Shown: positions 36,926 through 50,869 of the stretch, one piece after another
Position numbering within the stretch: position 1 is the first letter of the stretch
How the letters are laid out: each line of letters begins with the position of its first letter
Assembly (NCBI GenBank): GCA_038087875.1
Contig: CM075980.1
Span: forward strand, 9,300,001 to 9,364,000
Length of the DNA stretch: 64,000 nucleotides
From: Malacoraja senta
Taxonomy: Eukaryota
Direction of reading: 5' to 3'
Made by a program: the position numbers and the translations under genes
Notes under the pieces: generated by a model
The model's input: the letters and a program-made list of their open reading frames with translations, nothing else
The model's database searches: none
Told to the model about the DNA's origin: nothing

Positions 36926-39665
36926 CTTAAGGGCAAGGCTGCTTTATCAAAGGGAGCTGAAGGAATGCTCTGTGTTCTGTTTCACAGAGACATGGCTCAC
37001 CCCCAGCTCCCCAGACTCAGTGGTCCAGCCTGAAGATTTCTCCATCCACCGTATGGACCGTACACTGGCATCTGGGAAAGGGAGAGGATGGGGCGTCTGC
37101 CTCGCGGTCAACTCTGCGTGGTGCTCAGACGTGGCAGTCCTGTCCAACTCCTGCTCTCCACACCTAGAACATCTGGCGGTGAAGTGCCGTCCCTTCTACC
37201 TTCCAAGGGAATTCACCTCCATCATCATGACCGCGGTCTACATCCCACCCCAGGCTGACGTCCGTCTGGCACTGGAGGAGCTGCACGGCGTGGTCAACAA
37301 ATACCAGACGTCTTACCCCAAGGCGTTCACCACCATAGCTGGGGACTTCAATAAGGTAAACCAAAAGAAATCACTCTCTAACTTCCACCAACATGACTCC
37401 TGCTGCACCAGAGGACCAAACACCCTCGACCACTGCTACACCACCATCAAGAATGCCTATCGCTCTATCCCTCGCCCTCACTTCGGTAAATCCGACCATA
37501 CCGCGGTGCTGCTTCTTCCTGCCTACAGGCAGCAATTAAAGAGCGCACCCCCAGAGGTGAGGACAGTACAGAGCTGGTCGGGGGGAGGGGGGGGGGTGGC
37601 AGGGGAACAACTCCAGGACTGTTTGGAGTCTGTAGACTGGCCAATGTTCAAGGACTCGGCAACGGACCTGAACGAATACGCCACAGTCGTTACAGACTTC
37701 ATTAAGAAGTGTGTGGAGGACTGCATCCCCACCAAAACCTTCCGAGCGTTTCCCAATCAGAAACCTTGGATGAACTTTGAGATCTGCACTCTTCTGAAGT
37801 CCAGACACCGGGCATTCATGTCTGATGATACAGTGGCCTACAAGAAGTCCAGATACGCCCTTGGTAAGGCCATCAAAAAGGCCAAAAGGGGCTTCTGCTC
37901 CAAACTGGAGGAAGAGACAGATGTTCAGCGGCTGTGGCAGGGCCTGAATGCAATCACCTCTTACAAGTCGAAATCAGTAGGCAGCTTGAATGTCGGCGAA
38001 ACATCACTCCCTGATGAACTCAATGCGTTCTATGCACGCTTTGATAGGGAGAACACCGATGTGCCTTCCCCAGCCCCCATTCGCTGTGATGGTATTTCAT
38101 TCTCAGTCACAGAGGCCGACGTCAGGAAATCCTTCAGAGGGGTGAATCCTCGAAAAGCACCTGGACCTGGTGGTATACCTGGTCGTGTTCTAAAAACCTG
38201 TGCGGACCAACTGGCTGGAGTTTTTACGGACATTTTCAACCTCTCACTTCTGAGGTCTGAGGTTCCCACCTGCTTCAAAAGGGCATCAATTATACCAGTG
38301 CCCAAGAAGAGTAAGGTGACGTGCCTCAATCACTATCGACCTGTGGCACTAACGCCTGTGGTGATGAAGTGCTTTGAGAGGTTGATCATGACGCAGATCA
38401 ACTCTTACCTCGACAAAAACCTGGACCCACTGCAGTTCGCTTACCGCCACAACAGATCAACGGTAGATGCGATCTTGCTGGCCCTCCACTCCGCTCTGGA
38501 CCACTTGGACAACAAAAACTCATATGTCAGGCTGTTATTCATCGATTACAGCTCGGCATTTAATACAATCATCCCCTCCAAGCTGGTTACCAAACTCGCA
38601 GAACTGGGTCTCTGCGCATCCCTCTGCAATTGGATCCTCGACTTCCTCACTCTCAGACCACAGTCTGTTCGTATTGGTGGAAATGTGTCAGACTCGATAA
38701 CAATCAGCACGGGAGCACCTCAAGGCTGCGTACTCAGCCCCATGCTGTACTCACTCTATACTCATGACTGTGTAGCCGGACATAGTGCGAACTCCATCAT
38801 CAAGTTCGCTGATGACACCACTGTTGTGGGACGTATCACTGATGGGGATGAGTCAGAGTATAGAAGAGAGATCGAGCAACTGTCCATATGGTGCCAGCAC
38901 AATAACCTGGCCCTCAACACCAGCAAAACCAAGGAACTGATTGTGGACTTTGGAAGGAGTAGGATGGGGACCCACAGTCCCGTTTATATCAACTGGTCGA
39001 TGGTTGAAAGGGTCAAGAGCTTCAAATTCGTGGGCGTGCACATCTCTGAAGATCTTTCCTGGTCCGAGAACACTGATGCTATTATTTAGAAAGCACATCA
39101 GCGCCTCTACTTCCTGAGAAGATTACGGAGAGTCGGTTTGTCAAGGAGGACTCTCTCTAACTTCTATAGGTGCACAGTAGAGAGCATGCTGACCGGTTGC
39201 ATCGTGGCTTGGTTCGGCAACTTGAGCGCCCTGGAGAGGAAAAGACTACAAAAAGTAGTAAACACTGCCCAGTCCATCATCGGCTCTGACCTCACTTCCA
39301 TCGAGGGGATCTATCACAGTCGCTGCCTCAAAAAGGCTGGCAGTATCATCAAGGACCCACACCATCCTGGCCACACACTCATCTCCCTACTATCTTCAGG
39401 TAGAAGGTACAGGAGCCTGAAGACTGCAACGACCAGGTTCAGGAATAGCTACTTCCCCACAGCCATCAGGCTATTAAACCTGGCTCGGACATAACACTGA
39501 ACTTTATTAGCCAATACTGATATTTGCACTTTATCAGTATATTGACCCATGTGTGTATATATTTATACAATGCCTTGTAGTCAATGCCTACTATCTTCTG
39601 TTGTGCTGAAGCAAAGCAAGAATTTCATTGTCCTATCTGGGACATATGACAATAAACTCACTTGA
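36926..39665 (+). mobile_element. Near-intact 5'-truncated Rex1/Babar-clade LINE (APE endonuclease + RT), unit-3-specific
   Basis: Frame open from 36927 to 39494 except one TAG at 39087-39089. Motifs TETWL, CRPFYLPREF, AVYIPP, GDFN, DPLQFAYR, GAPQGCVLSP, KFADDT, QRLYFLRRL. 3' AATAAA at 39651. Clade assignment is by motif recall. Confidence 0.93.
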
Positions 39666-42600
39666 CTATATTTAAGAGGGAGTTAGACGTGGCCCTTGTG
39701 GCTAAAGGGATCAGGGGTTATGGAGAGAAGGCAGGTACAGAATACTGAGTTGGATGATCAGCCATGATCATATTGAATGGCGGTGCAGGCTCGAAGGGCC
39801 GAATGGCCTACTCCTGCACCTATTTTCTATGTTTCTATATTTCTAATAGAAATCGACCGCGTGGGCAGAAGATACTGATGCAGTATTCGATTATAACGGT
39901 AGATGGCGGTGCAGTAACTTACTTCTGTGCTGAAGCTCAACACGCCAATTCTGAAATGGGTCAACCGCAATATTGTGTGTCTGAGCTCACGTATAGACCA
40001 GACCAGCAATAATTGGATTATTTTCCCCTTGAAGGATATATTTGGGATCCAGTTGTTTTGTAATAATCAATCAAACACCGTGATGTTTCTTTTGAAAGAT
40101 TCTAGACACTTAACAGAATTTAGATTCCACACGTTCTCTTTTGAAATAGGTCTGGACATATGGTCAAGGCCTCTGCGTTCGTAATGATGTGATTTCGGTT
40201 TGATACCATTGCTTATCTGCACTTCCTTCACCGTTGCAGGGAGCGATTGGGCGGAATCTTTCACTGCATAAAAATATTCTCCTTTCACTGTTTTCTGATT
40301 CTGCTACGGTCTAACCAGCTTGACAGCTTACTCAATACTATGTTCTTTGCAACCCAACATATATCACAGGTTTTGCTCACTACTCTCGCGATGTATCTTT
40401 CTACCTTGCCAGGTGTGTGCTCATGAACCTAAAGTCCCTCGGTTCCTGCGCACTATGAACTACATTGCCCCCCCCCCCCCGCCTTCCATACACGAGGCAA
40501 AATTTCCTAGCTCATACTTCTCTGTGAGAGATTTCATCCATCATTCATCTGATCGTTCTCCTGTCATATTTAAGTTTAAAGTGCACGCTGAGTACTCTTC
40601 TCTCTCTCCTGCGTGTAAGCCGCTATTCTATCACGATTGTCGATGTGAATATATTGCTGTCGGTAGAGAACTCAACTAGATATGGGGATAGAGGAGAATG
40701 AAATAATTGGCCAAAATGTTCGTGCATACTGAATGTGAATAATAAGAATGTTACCTTATATATCTCCGCGAGAGCCTTTAATTTTTTCCCCGACAAACAT
40801 GAAGACAGTTGCAAACAGGATTTTGTACATTTGATTGTGTTTGCTTTATCTATGACTTGCCCGAAATCGAAGCTCTGGACAATGCAGAGTGGTTGCTTTG
40901 AATTTATTGTTGCTATTCTCCATTACACAGTTTATTGTATTTGAAGGACCTGTTCGGCAAATTCTGAGTAATTGTGGGTCTGGAGACACATACATTTTAG
41001 ACTTTTCCTTCTTAAAGTAACTGAAGTTACTTTTAATTACAACCCAATAGCGTCATGCTCGCGTTACCAATTCCAGCTTTTAATTTCAGATTTACTTTAA
41101 CTCTGATATCAGCGCCAAATCACAGAATTATATTGAATTCAGTTATCTCCAATTGAGCTGAATATCAAAAAGATTACAGGTAAGATACGTGATTCATTAA
41201 TTCAAAGAATATTAATGTTTGTTTTGCGTCTTATTCTATCACGAATGGACAATAATGGTGTTCCACGTTGGACTGGGGAGTAGAACACGAAATATACATG
41301 AATATCCTTCTCCACTTCCACTAGTGACATTACTTCAGACCTTCATGAGCTGCATTTGCCATCTACATCCACCATTCAGATGTCCGCACTCACCAAGCTT
41401 ATTTCTTCAGATCTGGGCTGGCAGCTGTCTCCAGCTTTCTGCAAGGAGACCCTGAACGCGGGCTCGGACTGGGGTGAGTAGGTCTGAGAGAGCCGCGGCA
41501 ACGGACTTGCCTTTGAGACAGGCAGGATACATCCATCCCCAGGTTTCCATGTCCTCTAGAGATGCTGCACGACCCGCTGAGTTTCTCCAGCACATTGTGT
41601 TTTTTTTAATCAGCAGCTGAAGTTCTCAGTACCCCCCAAAGTTTCCATCTATAAATTTGCCAAGGTGTTTGGTTCTGAATTTCAATGAAAGTCATCAAGA
41701 ATAAAAAATACGACGGCATGAGATGAACGCTATTCTCTGAAAAGAAACAAACAGAAAATCAAATTATATCTCATTTAACACTGAGAACTCTTGTTTGCAG
41801 AAACATCGCAGGCACGTGGACTGAGACAGAAAAAAACCCACAGGAAAAAATGATACATCAATTATACATACAAATCTGAAAGAAACAAACAAGATTGCGT
41901 CCAAAACATAATAATACAAAATATGTCAATAGTGTGCAAGGAATGGGGCATGGTGTCCCTTTGTTGAGGCAAGATTAGGGTTATGTAGCTCCTTACAAAA
42001 ACTGGATAGTTGTAGGCAAGTAACTGTTCTTGAACCGGGTGGTGTACTTTCTATAGTAGATCTGTAAAAGTTTGTTTGGAGTATTTGGAGATATAAAATA
42101 TTTATTTAAAATTCTTTGAAAGTAGAAGCATTGGCGCTCCTTCGTGGATGCATTTGTTTGCTGGGCCCGAGACAAGTCATCCACGATGTTAATGCCGTGA
42201 ATTTAAAGCAGATAACTCTCTCCACCACTGCTCCATCAAAAACAAACTGGCCTGAGGTCCCCGGACTTCCTCTTTCTGAAGTCACCGACCACTTCGGTCT
42301 TTTTGCTTTGGAGCGAAAGGTTGTTGTTCTGACACCACTCAACCAAGTGTTCCGTCTCTCTTCATGTTGACGCAGTGATTCATCCAAACAGAATGGTGTT
42401 GGGGGTGGATCAATAGATGACTTTGGAGCTGTGGGTGTAAAGGAAGTAGCCATGGGTGTAAAGGAAGTAGAACAGGGTGCGAAGAACGCAGCCTTGAGAT
42501 GCACTGTGTTGATGGTCAATGGGGAGGAGATGATGTTCGCCATCCGCACTCGGTGACTTGAAGCTAATTCACCAAACAGTAAAATGGAGACTAATCTGAT

Positions 42601-43599
42601 TGTAACCTCTGATGTGCGGTCCCATCCACCTCTGTAACATATCACTACCCACCTTGTTTATTAGGAATATTTCTACCTTTGAAAAATAATACCACATTTT
42701 CAGAAACGTAATTGATGAGGCTTTCTCCATTCTGATAGATATGTTTGTTTCTTCACTTTTGAAGTAGGCATTTATTTTTGTGTAACCGGTGACGTTTAGT
42801 TTTAGATTACCCCAGACGAATTGTCCTCGCCCTTCACATGCTGATAAGACCCCGCATAATCACCTGTGCTTCAATTAAAGCACCTCTCACGCTTCTAACC
42901 GTCGAGCAATTCCTCATAAGACAACTCACTCGTTGCAGATATGGGTCTACTAGTAATCATTTTCTGAATTGCTTCAAAGGCATTTACATTTCAATACTCT
43001 GTTCGATTCTGCGATAAAGTATAACTGAAGCACTATCAACCTCTCTCTTTTGCATTCGTTTTTTCTGGCGTAAGATGCTAACACTGTTACCTTTCCTAGG
43101 TAGTTGTTGTACCACGTTCTAGCCTGTGGCGAATCCTCACCAGCAAACTGAAATAATTCTGCATCTCTAAACACTGCAAACTGTCATAATGTAAATATGA
43201 AGGGCCTCGACCCGAAACGTTAATCATCCCTTCTCTCCAGAGATGCTGCGTCCCGCTGCGTTACTCCAGCTGTTTGTATCTATATTGGAAAGAACATTAT
43301 TTTATACCACTTACCCAGCCAAACTTGACATTGCACATGTTCCCACATCTCGCATTTACCAGGCCTTTGCCCATTCACTGGAACTATCCACATACTCGGT
43401 GGCCTTGTTTCGTTCTTCATGAGATTAACAAATTCAACAGCCATACATTTTTTTTTAGCATTTTTGGAAATTTGGAAATTGGGGTTCCAGCACTGATCTA
43501 TGAGGCACTTCAGTTTTTACATCTTTCCAACCACAATTTTGCCTGTTTATGCATGTTCTATGTTTCCAACTAATCGCCCAATGTTCTTTTCTTAACCAT

Positions 43600-44690
43600 A
43601 CTTACCAGGACTTAGAAATCGGGGGCAGAGTAGGCTATTCGGCCCTTCGAGCAGCACCGCCATTCAATATGATCATGGATGATCATCCAAAATCAGTACC
43701 CCGTTCCTGCTTTCTCCTCATATCCCATGATTCCATCAGCCCTAAAAGCTATATCTAACTCTCTCTTGAATACTCCCAATGAATTGGCCTCCACTGCCTT
43801 CTGTGGCAGAGAATTCCACAGATTCACGTATCGGCGTAAAAAAGTGTTTCAGCATCTCTGTCCTAAATGGCCTACCCCTTTTTTTTAAACAGGGACCCCT
43901 GGTTCTGGATTCCCGCCAACATCGGGAACATTTTACCTGCATCCAGCTTATCCAATCCCTTAAGAATGTTATATGTTTCTATAAGATAACCTCTCATCTT
44001 TCAAAATTCCAGTGCATATAAGCCCACTCGATGATATGTCAGTTCCATTAATCTGGTGAATTTACGTTGCACTCCCTCAATAGCAAGAATGTCCTTCCTC
44101 AAATTTGGAGACCAAAACTGCACACAATACTCCAGGTGTGGTCTCACTAGGGCCCTGTACAACTGCAGTAGGACCACCTTGCTCCTATACTCAAATCCTC
44201 TCGCTATGAAGGCCAACGTGCCATTCGCTTCTCTTCACTGCCGACTGCATCTTCATGCTTTCTTTCAGTGGCTGATGTTCAAGGACACCCAGGTCTCGTT
44301 GCACCCTCCCTTTCCCATATCTGACACCATTTAGATAATAATCTGCCTTCTTCTTGCCACCAAAGTGGATAACCCCACATTTATCCACGTTATACTGCAG
44401 CTGCCATGCATCTGCCCATTCACCCATCCTATCCATGACACCCTGCAGCCTCATAGCATCCTCCTCGCAGCTCACACTGCAACCCAGCTTTGTGTGATCA
44501 GCAAACATGGAGATGTTACATTTAATTCCTTCATCTTAATCGTTAATATATATTGTTAATAACTGAGGTCCCATCACTGAGCCTTGCTGCACCGCACTAG
44601 TCACTGCCTGTCATTCTGAAAAGGACCCGTTAATTCCTACTCTTTGCTTCCTGTCTGCCATTCAGTTCTCCATGCATGTCAATACCTACC
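43600..44690 (-). mobile_element. CR1 LINE 3' fragment, unit 3 copy
   Basis: Minus ORFs 44001-44216 ([19 protein letters not shown]) and 44191-44508. Confidence 0.9.
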
Positions 44691-44819
44691 CCCAATATTA
44701 CCACAGTATTTACCATATCAACCTTTGATTCCTCACCTCCTCAAATGCCTGCTCGAAATTATATCTGCCTGGCATGGTACTTCTTCAAAGCCTTTCGGTA
44801 AATTGGTGAAACATCCTTC

Positions 44820-46420
44820 ATAAATTCATAAATTATAGGACCAGAATTAGGCATTTCGGCTCACTAATTCTACCCCGCCATTCTATAACGCTTGATTTAT
44901 CTCTCCCTCTCAACTCCAATCTCGTGACTTCTTCCCATAACCCTTAACACTCTTACTAATCAACAACCAATCAATCTCCACCTTAAAAATATCCATTGAC
45001 TTGGCTTCCACAGCTTTCTGTGGCAATGAATTTTGCAGATTTACCACCCTCTGACTAAAGGAAATCCTCCTCATCACCTTTTGTAAATGTATGTCCTTTT
45101 ATTCCGAGGCATCCACTCCACATCCACTCTATCCAGGCCTTTCACAATTCGGGTAGTTTCAATGAGGTCTCTCCCCTCTCATCCTTATAAACTATTCTGC
45201 GAGCATGGATCCAGTGCCGTCAAACGCTCATCACACGTTAACCCAATTGAATGAATGAATAGGTTTATTCGCCAAGTATGTACACATACAGGGAATTTGT
45301 CTTGGTGCTCCGCTCGCAAGCAACAACACGACATTCAGTAAACCATTAAGAATAAAACATTTATTAAAACATTAAGAATAAAACATCGTAGATTAAACAT
45401 GTGAATGAAATAAAATACCAGAGCAAAAGGAGGCTACCGACTTTTAGTTATTGAGTAGAGCTACTGCTCGTGGAAAAAATGCTGTTTTTATGTCTGACTG
45501 TGGCGGCTTTGACAGTCCAGAATCGCCTTCCAGAGGGAAGAGCTTCAAAGAGTTTGTGGCCAGGGTGAGAGGGGTCAGAGATGATCTTACTGGCTCGCTT
45601 CCTGGCCCTTACAGTGTACAGTTCGTCAATGGGGGGAAGGTTGCAGCTGATCGAACGATTCCCTGCAGCCTCCGGATGTCGTGCTTGGTGGCTGAGCCAA
45701 ACCAAACCATGATGGAGAAAGTGAGGACAGACTCGACGATGGCAGTATAGAATTAAACCATCATTGCCTGTGGCAGAATATGTTTCCTCAGCTGCCGCAG
45801 GAAGTACATCCTCTGTTGGGCCTTTTTGACTGTCGAGTCGATGGTGGCTCCCCATTTAAGGTCCTTGGAGATGATGGTTCCAAGGAACTTAAAGGACTCC
45901 GCAGATGTGACTGTGTTGTTGTTAATGGTGAGTGGGGGTGGGGGGGGGGTGGGGAGATGGGGAGCTCTCCAAAGGTCTATTATCAATTCCACCATCTTAA
46001 GAGCATTGAGCTCCAGACTGTTACGAAGAAACCAGGTCGCCAGCTGTGTCATTTCCTGTCTGTAGGCAGATTCCACCCCATCCTGGATCAGTCCAATCAG
46101 GGTTGTGTCGCCCCATGGGATCCCTGGGATCCCTGGGATCACCCTCGTAAACCTCCTCTGGACCCTCTCCAACGCCAGCTCGTCCTTCCTCAGATTGGAG
46201 CCCAAAACTGTTCACAACACTCCAAATGCGGTCTGACCAGTGCCTTATAAAGGCTCGGCATTACATCCCTGTTTTTGTATTTTGTTTTTGTGTTCTGGCC
46301 CACTCGAAAGAAATGCTAGCATTGCATTCGCCTTCCTGACTACCGACTTGTAAATTAACTTTTGGGGAATCCTGCACCAGCACTCCCAAGCCCCTTCGCA
46401 CCTATCATTTCAGAAATTTC
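44820..46420 (-). mobile_element. Second CR1 subfamily fragment, unit 3 copy, split by a Rex1 insertion at 45249-46128
   Basis: Homologue of 8388-9095. Flanks ...GTTAACCCAATT and ATCCCTGGGATCACCCTC... are nearly contiguous in unit 2. Confidence 0.82.
45249..46114 (-). mobile_element. 5'-truncated Rex1/Babar LINE (RT C-terminus + 3'UTR), unit-3-specific
   Basis: Minus ORF 45753-46205: DTTLIGLI..ESAYRQE..SFKFLG..KKAQQRMYFLRQL. 3' AATAAA and (ATTC)3 tail at 45249-45260. Confidence 0.9.
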
Positions 46421-47860
46421 TCTCTTTCTCAACAATATTTTGACTTTTGCGAGATGACCTTATTGACCATTTTGTCAGCACCCTTCATATCGTTTTAGTA
46501 ACAGCTTGCAATATTTTTGTCTCTCTTCCTTTCTGAATGAAAATGATCACCAAGGAACGTCCATGGTAGTTTTAAAATAAAAACTCAAAGCAATGAATTC
46601 AGCGCTGCAATGGGATGAATTAAGATTCTAGAATGAAATACAACACATCTTAAGACCCTATCAGCCCGTGGCTCTATCAACTTCCTAATGATTGCAGCTT
46701 TTGTGAGTTTGTTCCTTGCTTCCACTACCATGTCTGCAGCCGTTTCTGGGATGTTGTCCCTGTTCTGTAGTGCAGACCGATGAAAAATTACAGTTTACAT
46801 TATCTCTCATCTCCATATTCCCCTTTAATTTTACACAGACCCCCTGCTTCAGACCATTGTCCACTGTATGTTGTAATAACAACGACATAAATTCTTATTA
46901 TCATGCATTTACACTTCTAGCTGGCTTCCAACAATACTTTAATATTTTCGTACCCATTGAACCCTTCATCATATTTTTTTATAATTCGCTGTTCAATTTA
47001 CTGATTTCCATTCAACTTTGCTCATAGAAAATGTTTTTGCTCTTAGTTTAATGCTGACTTTAACATGTTTAGATAATCGTGGATGTGTCATGCACTTGGA
47101 TTTTATTTCTTGTGGCACGTGTGTAGTTTCTGTCTTTTGAATGCTCACATTGAAAGCTTCCGTCTACATCTGGAATTTCCGATATTTTAATTGAATTTGT
47201 TAGTGGACTTCAAGTTCAAGTTCACATTTAGTGTCACACGTACCAATTATGGTACAGTGATATTTGAGTTACCGTGCTGCCATACATGTAAAAAGAACAC
47301 AACACTTTCAGCTGGCTCCGTTCCATGGCATGCATTTACCCCTCTACAGCATTCCTTCACTCCCTCACACTTCAACTTCAATTAATTATGCATTGTTCTT
47401 CCCATGCCCTTCAATTCGACCGTCTGAAGCGTCAAAGTCTTCTCGTTCTCTCGCACCGCGATGAAGACATAGTAACAGACTCTCATGTGCCGTTTAATTT
47501 GACCATTAAAGTGGACACTATAAATACATTGAAGGGGCTAATGGTGGAATGGTGACTTGAGATATTACACGACTGCGAATTATTTGAAGGAAAAGGGAAA
47601 TGTATTATTTTATAATTATTTGGGAGCTTAAGGGGATTAGTGCAAAGTCTCTATAGTCCCATCATTGAACGCAACTGACCTTTTACTCAGTAAATAAGGG
47701 CCTGCTCTCACACAACAGTCTGAGTCTCAGAGCTTCCCTCCCCCCTCCACCCGCCGCCGTTGAGTTCACCGTTGTCTGCTATTCTCCTCCCACTTAAAAC
47801 AATATTAATATTTCTTTCTCCCAATGGACTGGAGCTGCAGAAATATCATTTTACACCGAG

Positions 47861-47949
47861 CCAATAATTCAGTGAATCGATGTCACGTGGATAAAGATTA
47901 GCATGAATAATTAATAATTAGTGACGTTGGGATGCTGAAGACTTTAAAA
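47861..47949 (+). promoter_or_regulatory. IgL cluster 3 promoter: CCAAT, CACGTG (47884), octamer variant ATTAGCAT (47897), TGACGT, TTTAAAA
   Basis: Positional homologue of the other promoters. Confidence 0.7.
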
Positions 47950-48013
47950 GAGAAACTTCGGAAGGGCTCAAAACCGCGCTTGTGCAGCAAAATATTCATT
48001 TTTCACCTTCGAC

Positions 48014-48059
48014 ATGGCTGAATGGGTTTGGGTTCTTGCCTTGGTGACCTGTTTCCACT
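48014..48059 (+). CDS. IGL: Ig lambda cluster 3 leader exon (MAEWVWVLALVTCFH + T)
   Basis: ATG at 48014, GTGAGT donor at 48060, 94-nt intron. Confidence 0.93.
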
Positions 48060-48153
48060 GTGAGTAGAGCGCAGAATGATTAATGTTGTATCGTTTTACA
48101 TTTTACTGTGTTTTTTCTAATGGTTCTGTATATTTATCTATTTTTTCTATCAG

Positions 48154-48495
48154 CTATAAACGCGGAGATTACCTTGACTCAGGACCCGGCTATATCAACC
48201 TCGCCGGGAACAACCGTCAAAATCACCTGTATCCTGTCAGGGGGCAGCGTCAGTAGCTACGACAGGAGCTGGTACTGGCAGAAGCCGGACAGCACCCCTG
48301 TCTTCGTGTGGTATCAAAGCTCCACCAGAGGCACCGGAATTCCAGACAGATTCACGGGTTCCACGGACTCATCCACGAACCAAATGCATTTAACCATCAC
48401 CAACGTGCAATCGGAGGACGCTGCCGATTATTACTGTGGTGTGTGGGATGGCAGTAAATTCACCTTTGGGAGAGGAACCAAACTGAATCTAAGCA
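48154..48495 (+). CDS. IGLV: Germline-joined VJ exon, cluster 3 (CDR3 GVWDGSKFT, 2 aa shorter)
   Basis: CAG acceptor 48151-48153, open frame, GTAAGT donor at 48496. Confidence 0.97.
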
Positions 48496-50869
48496 GTAAG
48501 TAAAGTATTCACGGTGTGAAACACGAATCTTTGAACTTAGGTTTTGCTTTCCATCATAAATCCTCGGTAGAAAGATCCTATTAGACCTAAGTAGAACACA
48601 ACGGGTCAGCCAGCATCTCCGGTAGACGATGGGCAATGTTTCATGTCGGAACCTTTGCGAGACTTTCCCGAACGGTAATATCATCTTTCTATGTCCTCCA
48701 GAGATGCTGTCTGATCCGCTGGATTATTTCAGCACTTTGTGTTGTACTTAAGATGCCAACAATCGCGGTTCCTTGTTTCTCCTACGTGAACTTGTTTTAT
48801 TTTAAATTTTCCTTTCCCTCCATCCCTACAACACATCGAGAAATCTGCGCTCACCTTACCGTGGCTTCTTGATCATCGTGGAATTTAACGCCTTCACATA
48901 CTGACAGCTGTGCTTCAAATGCGAAGTTGTTCAATTCTGGAATGATATCCTGAAGCTCTATTTTCCCCCTTTCTTTCCTGATGTTCATGAAACATGCTCC
49001 TTTAACAGAAATACCGATTCTCTGATTTGAAGTATCCTCAAGTGGCGGTTTCGTCCGAGACTGCTGCTATTGATCACTTTGCTTCAATATAAGGGTAATG
49101 CAAACGAAAACTGTTGCCGTTACTTGAAAAAATGCACGGGAAATTATGAGATTTTATTAGCTTACCGTATATTGTGGACACGGAGAATATCAAATCTGAG
49201 AGTGGACCAAATAGAATCATTGGAGCATTCAAAGGAAAGTTAATAAACATTTGGCAAGGGATGTTGGTGAATTTAAATGGGATAGTTTTTAAATTGTAAA
49301 TACCCATTAGGTCAAATGGCGCGGTTGATTTTTGATCGTTTTAATGATACCATCAGGGTGAAGTGTCGTTTCGACAGGTTTAAATGCGCTCCCTCAAACA
49401 GCGCTAAAACTAATTGTCAGGGAAAAGGTAAAAAACAAATATTTAAACGCTTCGCACGGAACCATTTCAATTCCCTTTACGCGAAAGTGTGGAGGATTGT
49501 TGCAAGTCTGATTCAGGTCCGAAATTAGAAACACGAGCAAAACCGTATTCGGGTTCATTTCTCGTTCAGCTACCTTAGCTACCTACATTTGTGTGGATAT
49601 GCCGTCATACTCTTTGTACCCACCTTGTAGAACCTGCAGGGGATTTTGATGCTGGTTCTCCGATTGTCATCGAGTGTATGAAATAGTAGAAAACGCAGAC
49701 TGTCTATTAAACATGCTCCCTCTGTTGATTTTTTTTACGGGCAGGCAGTTGGTAGACCGACATGTCAAAAAGCTTAAAAGAGCGAGACATAATGTTGCCA
49801 TTTTCGGATAAATTAGTGCAGAAATGGGCACACAAGTATACGAGGTTATTGCTGAATTGCCCAGAATCGAAAGATTGGAAGGATGTATTACAGCGTCTTT
49901 AAATTCAGCATTAACTTGAAATGTTTTTTGAAAATCCGAATATATTGGATGTTAAACCCAGAGCTGTCTGGATATGTGTCAGAAGGAATTTGAATCTGAC
50001 CAAAACATTTCTTTAGTTTTACCTTTCATTTTTCCGACCGCCACCATCCTTGAATCATGGACTTTCTGGACGATGTGGAAGATTCACTAATAACATTCTA
50101 AAGACTATTCCGGGAAAGAATTGGGATTACTATTTAAACAAACATTAATTTGGAAATGCTGCTCATTCTGCCAGGATGAGTTGTAATTCCATTTTTTCCT
50201 TCCCGTTTCCATGATCTGAAGAAAATCATGTAGGCTACATGTTTTACCAAACCTCGGATATTCGCACAGTAAAAATTAACTTATCATGTTTCTGCTGTAT
50301 AAAATGAGGTTTATAAATCAACGGCAATTGTAAAGCCAGTGCAGTACACGGCCATAGAGCCACGGAGTTATGCAGCGGTGGAACAGTCCTTGTCCACCTA
50401 TTTCATGCCGACCGAGGTGCCGTACTTGAGCTAGTCTCATTTGCGCATGCCAGGCCCATATCTCTTTGAACATTTCTTATCCAAATGTTTTAAAAAAAAA
50501 TGTTTTTGTTGTACCTCATCAACTTCTCTGGGGAACTCTTTCCATGGAGTCAACGCCTTATGTGTACAAATGTTGCCCTGATTCTAAGCCCTCTAATTAT
50601 TCGTTCTCCTACTACGGGGAAAAGACTCCGTTCGCTAACCCTATGTATTCCCCTCGCGAATGTGTACACCGCCATGCGATAACCCTAAGGTCTTCTACAC
50701 TCCAAGGAGTAACGTCCTAGCATATCCAATCTATGCCTATAGTTCAGGCGCTCGAAACCTGGCACCGTCGACATAAATTTTGTCTGGAGTCATTCCAGCT
50801 GAATCGATTCTGGCTTTTAACGACAACTGATAAATAATTCACTTGTATTTATTTCAATGCTATTTCCAG

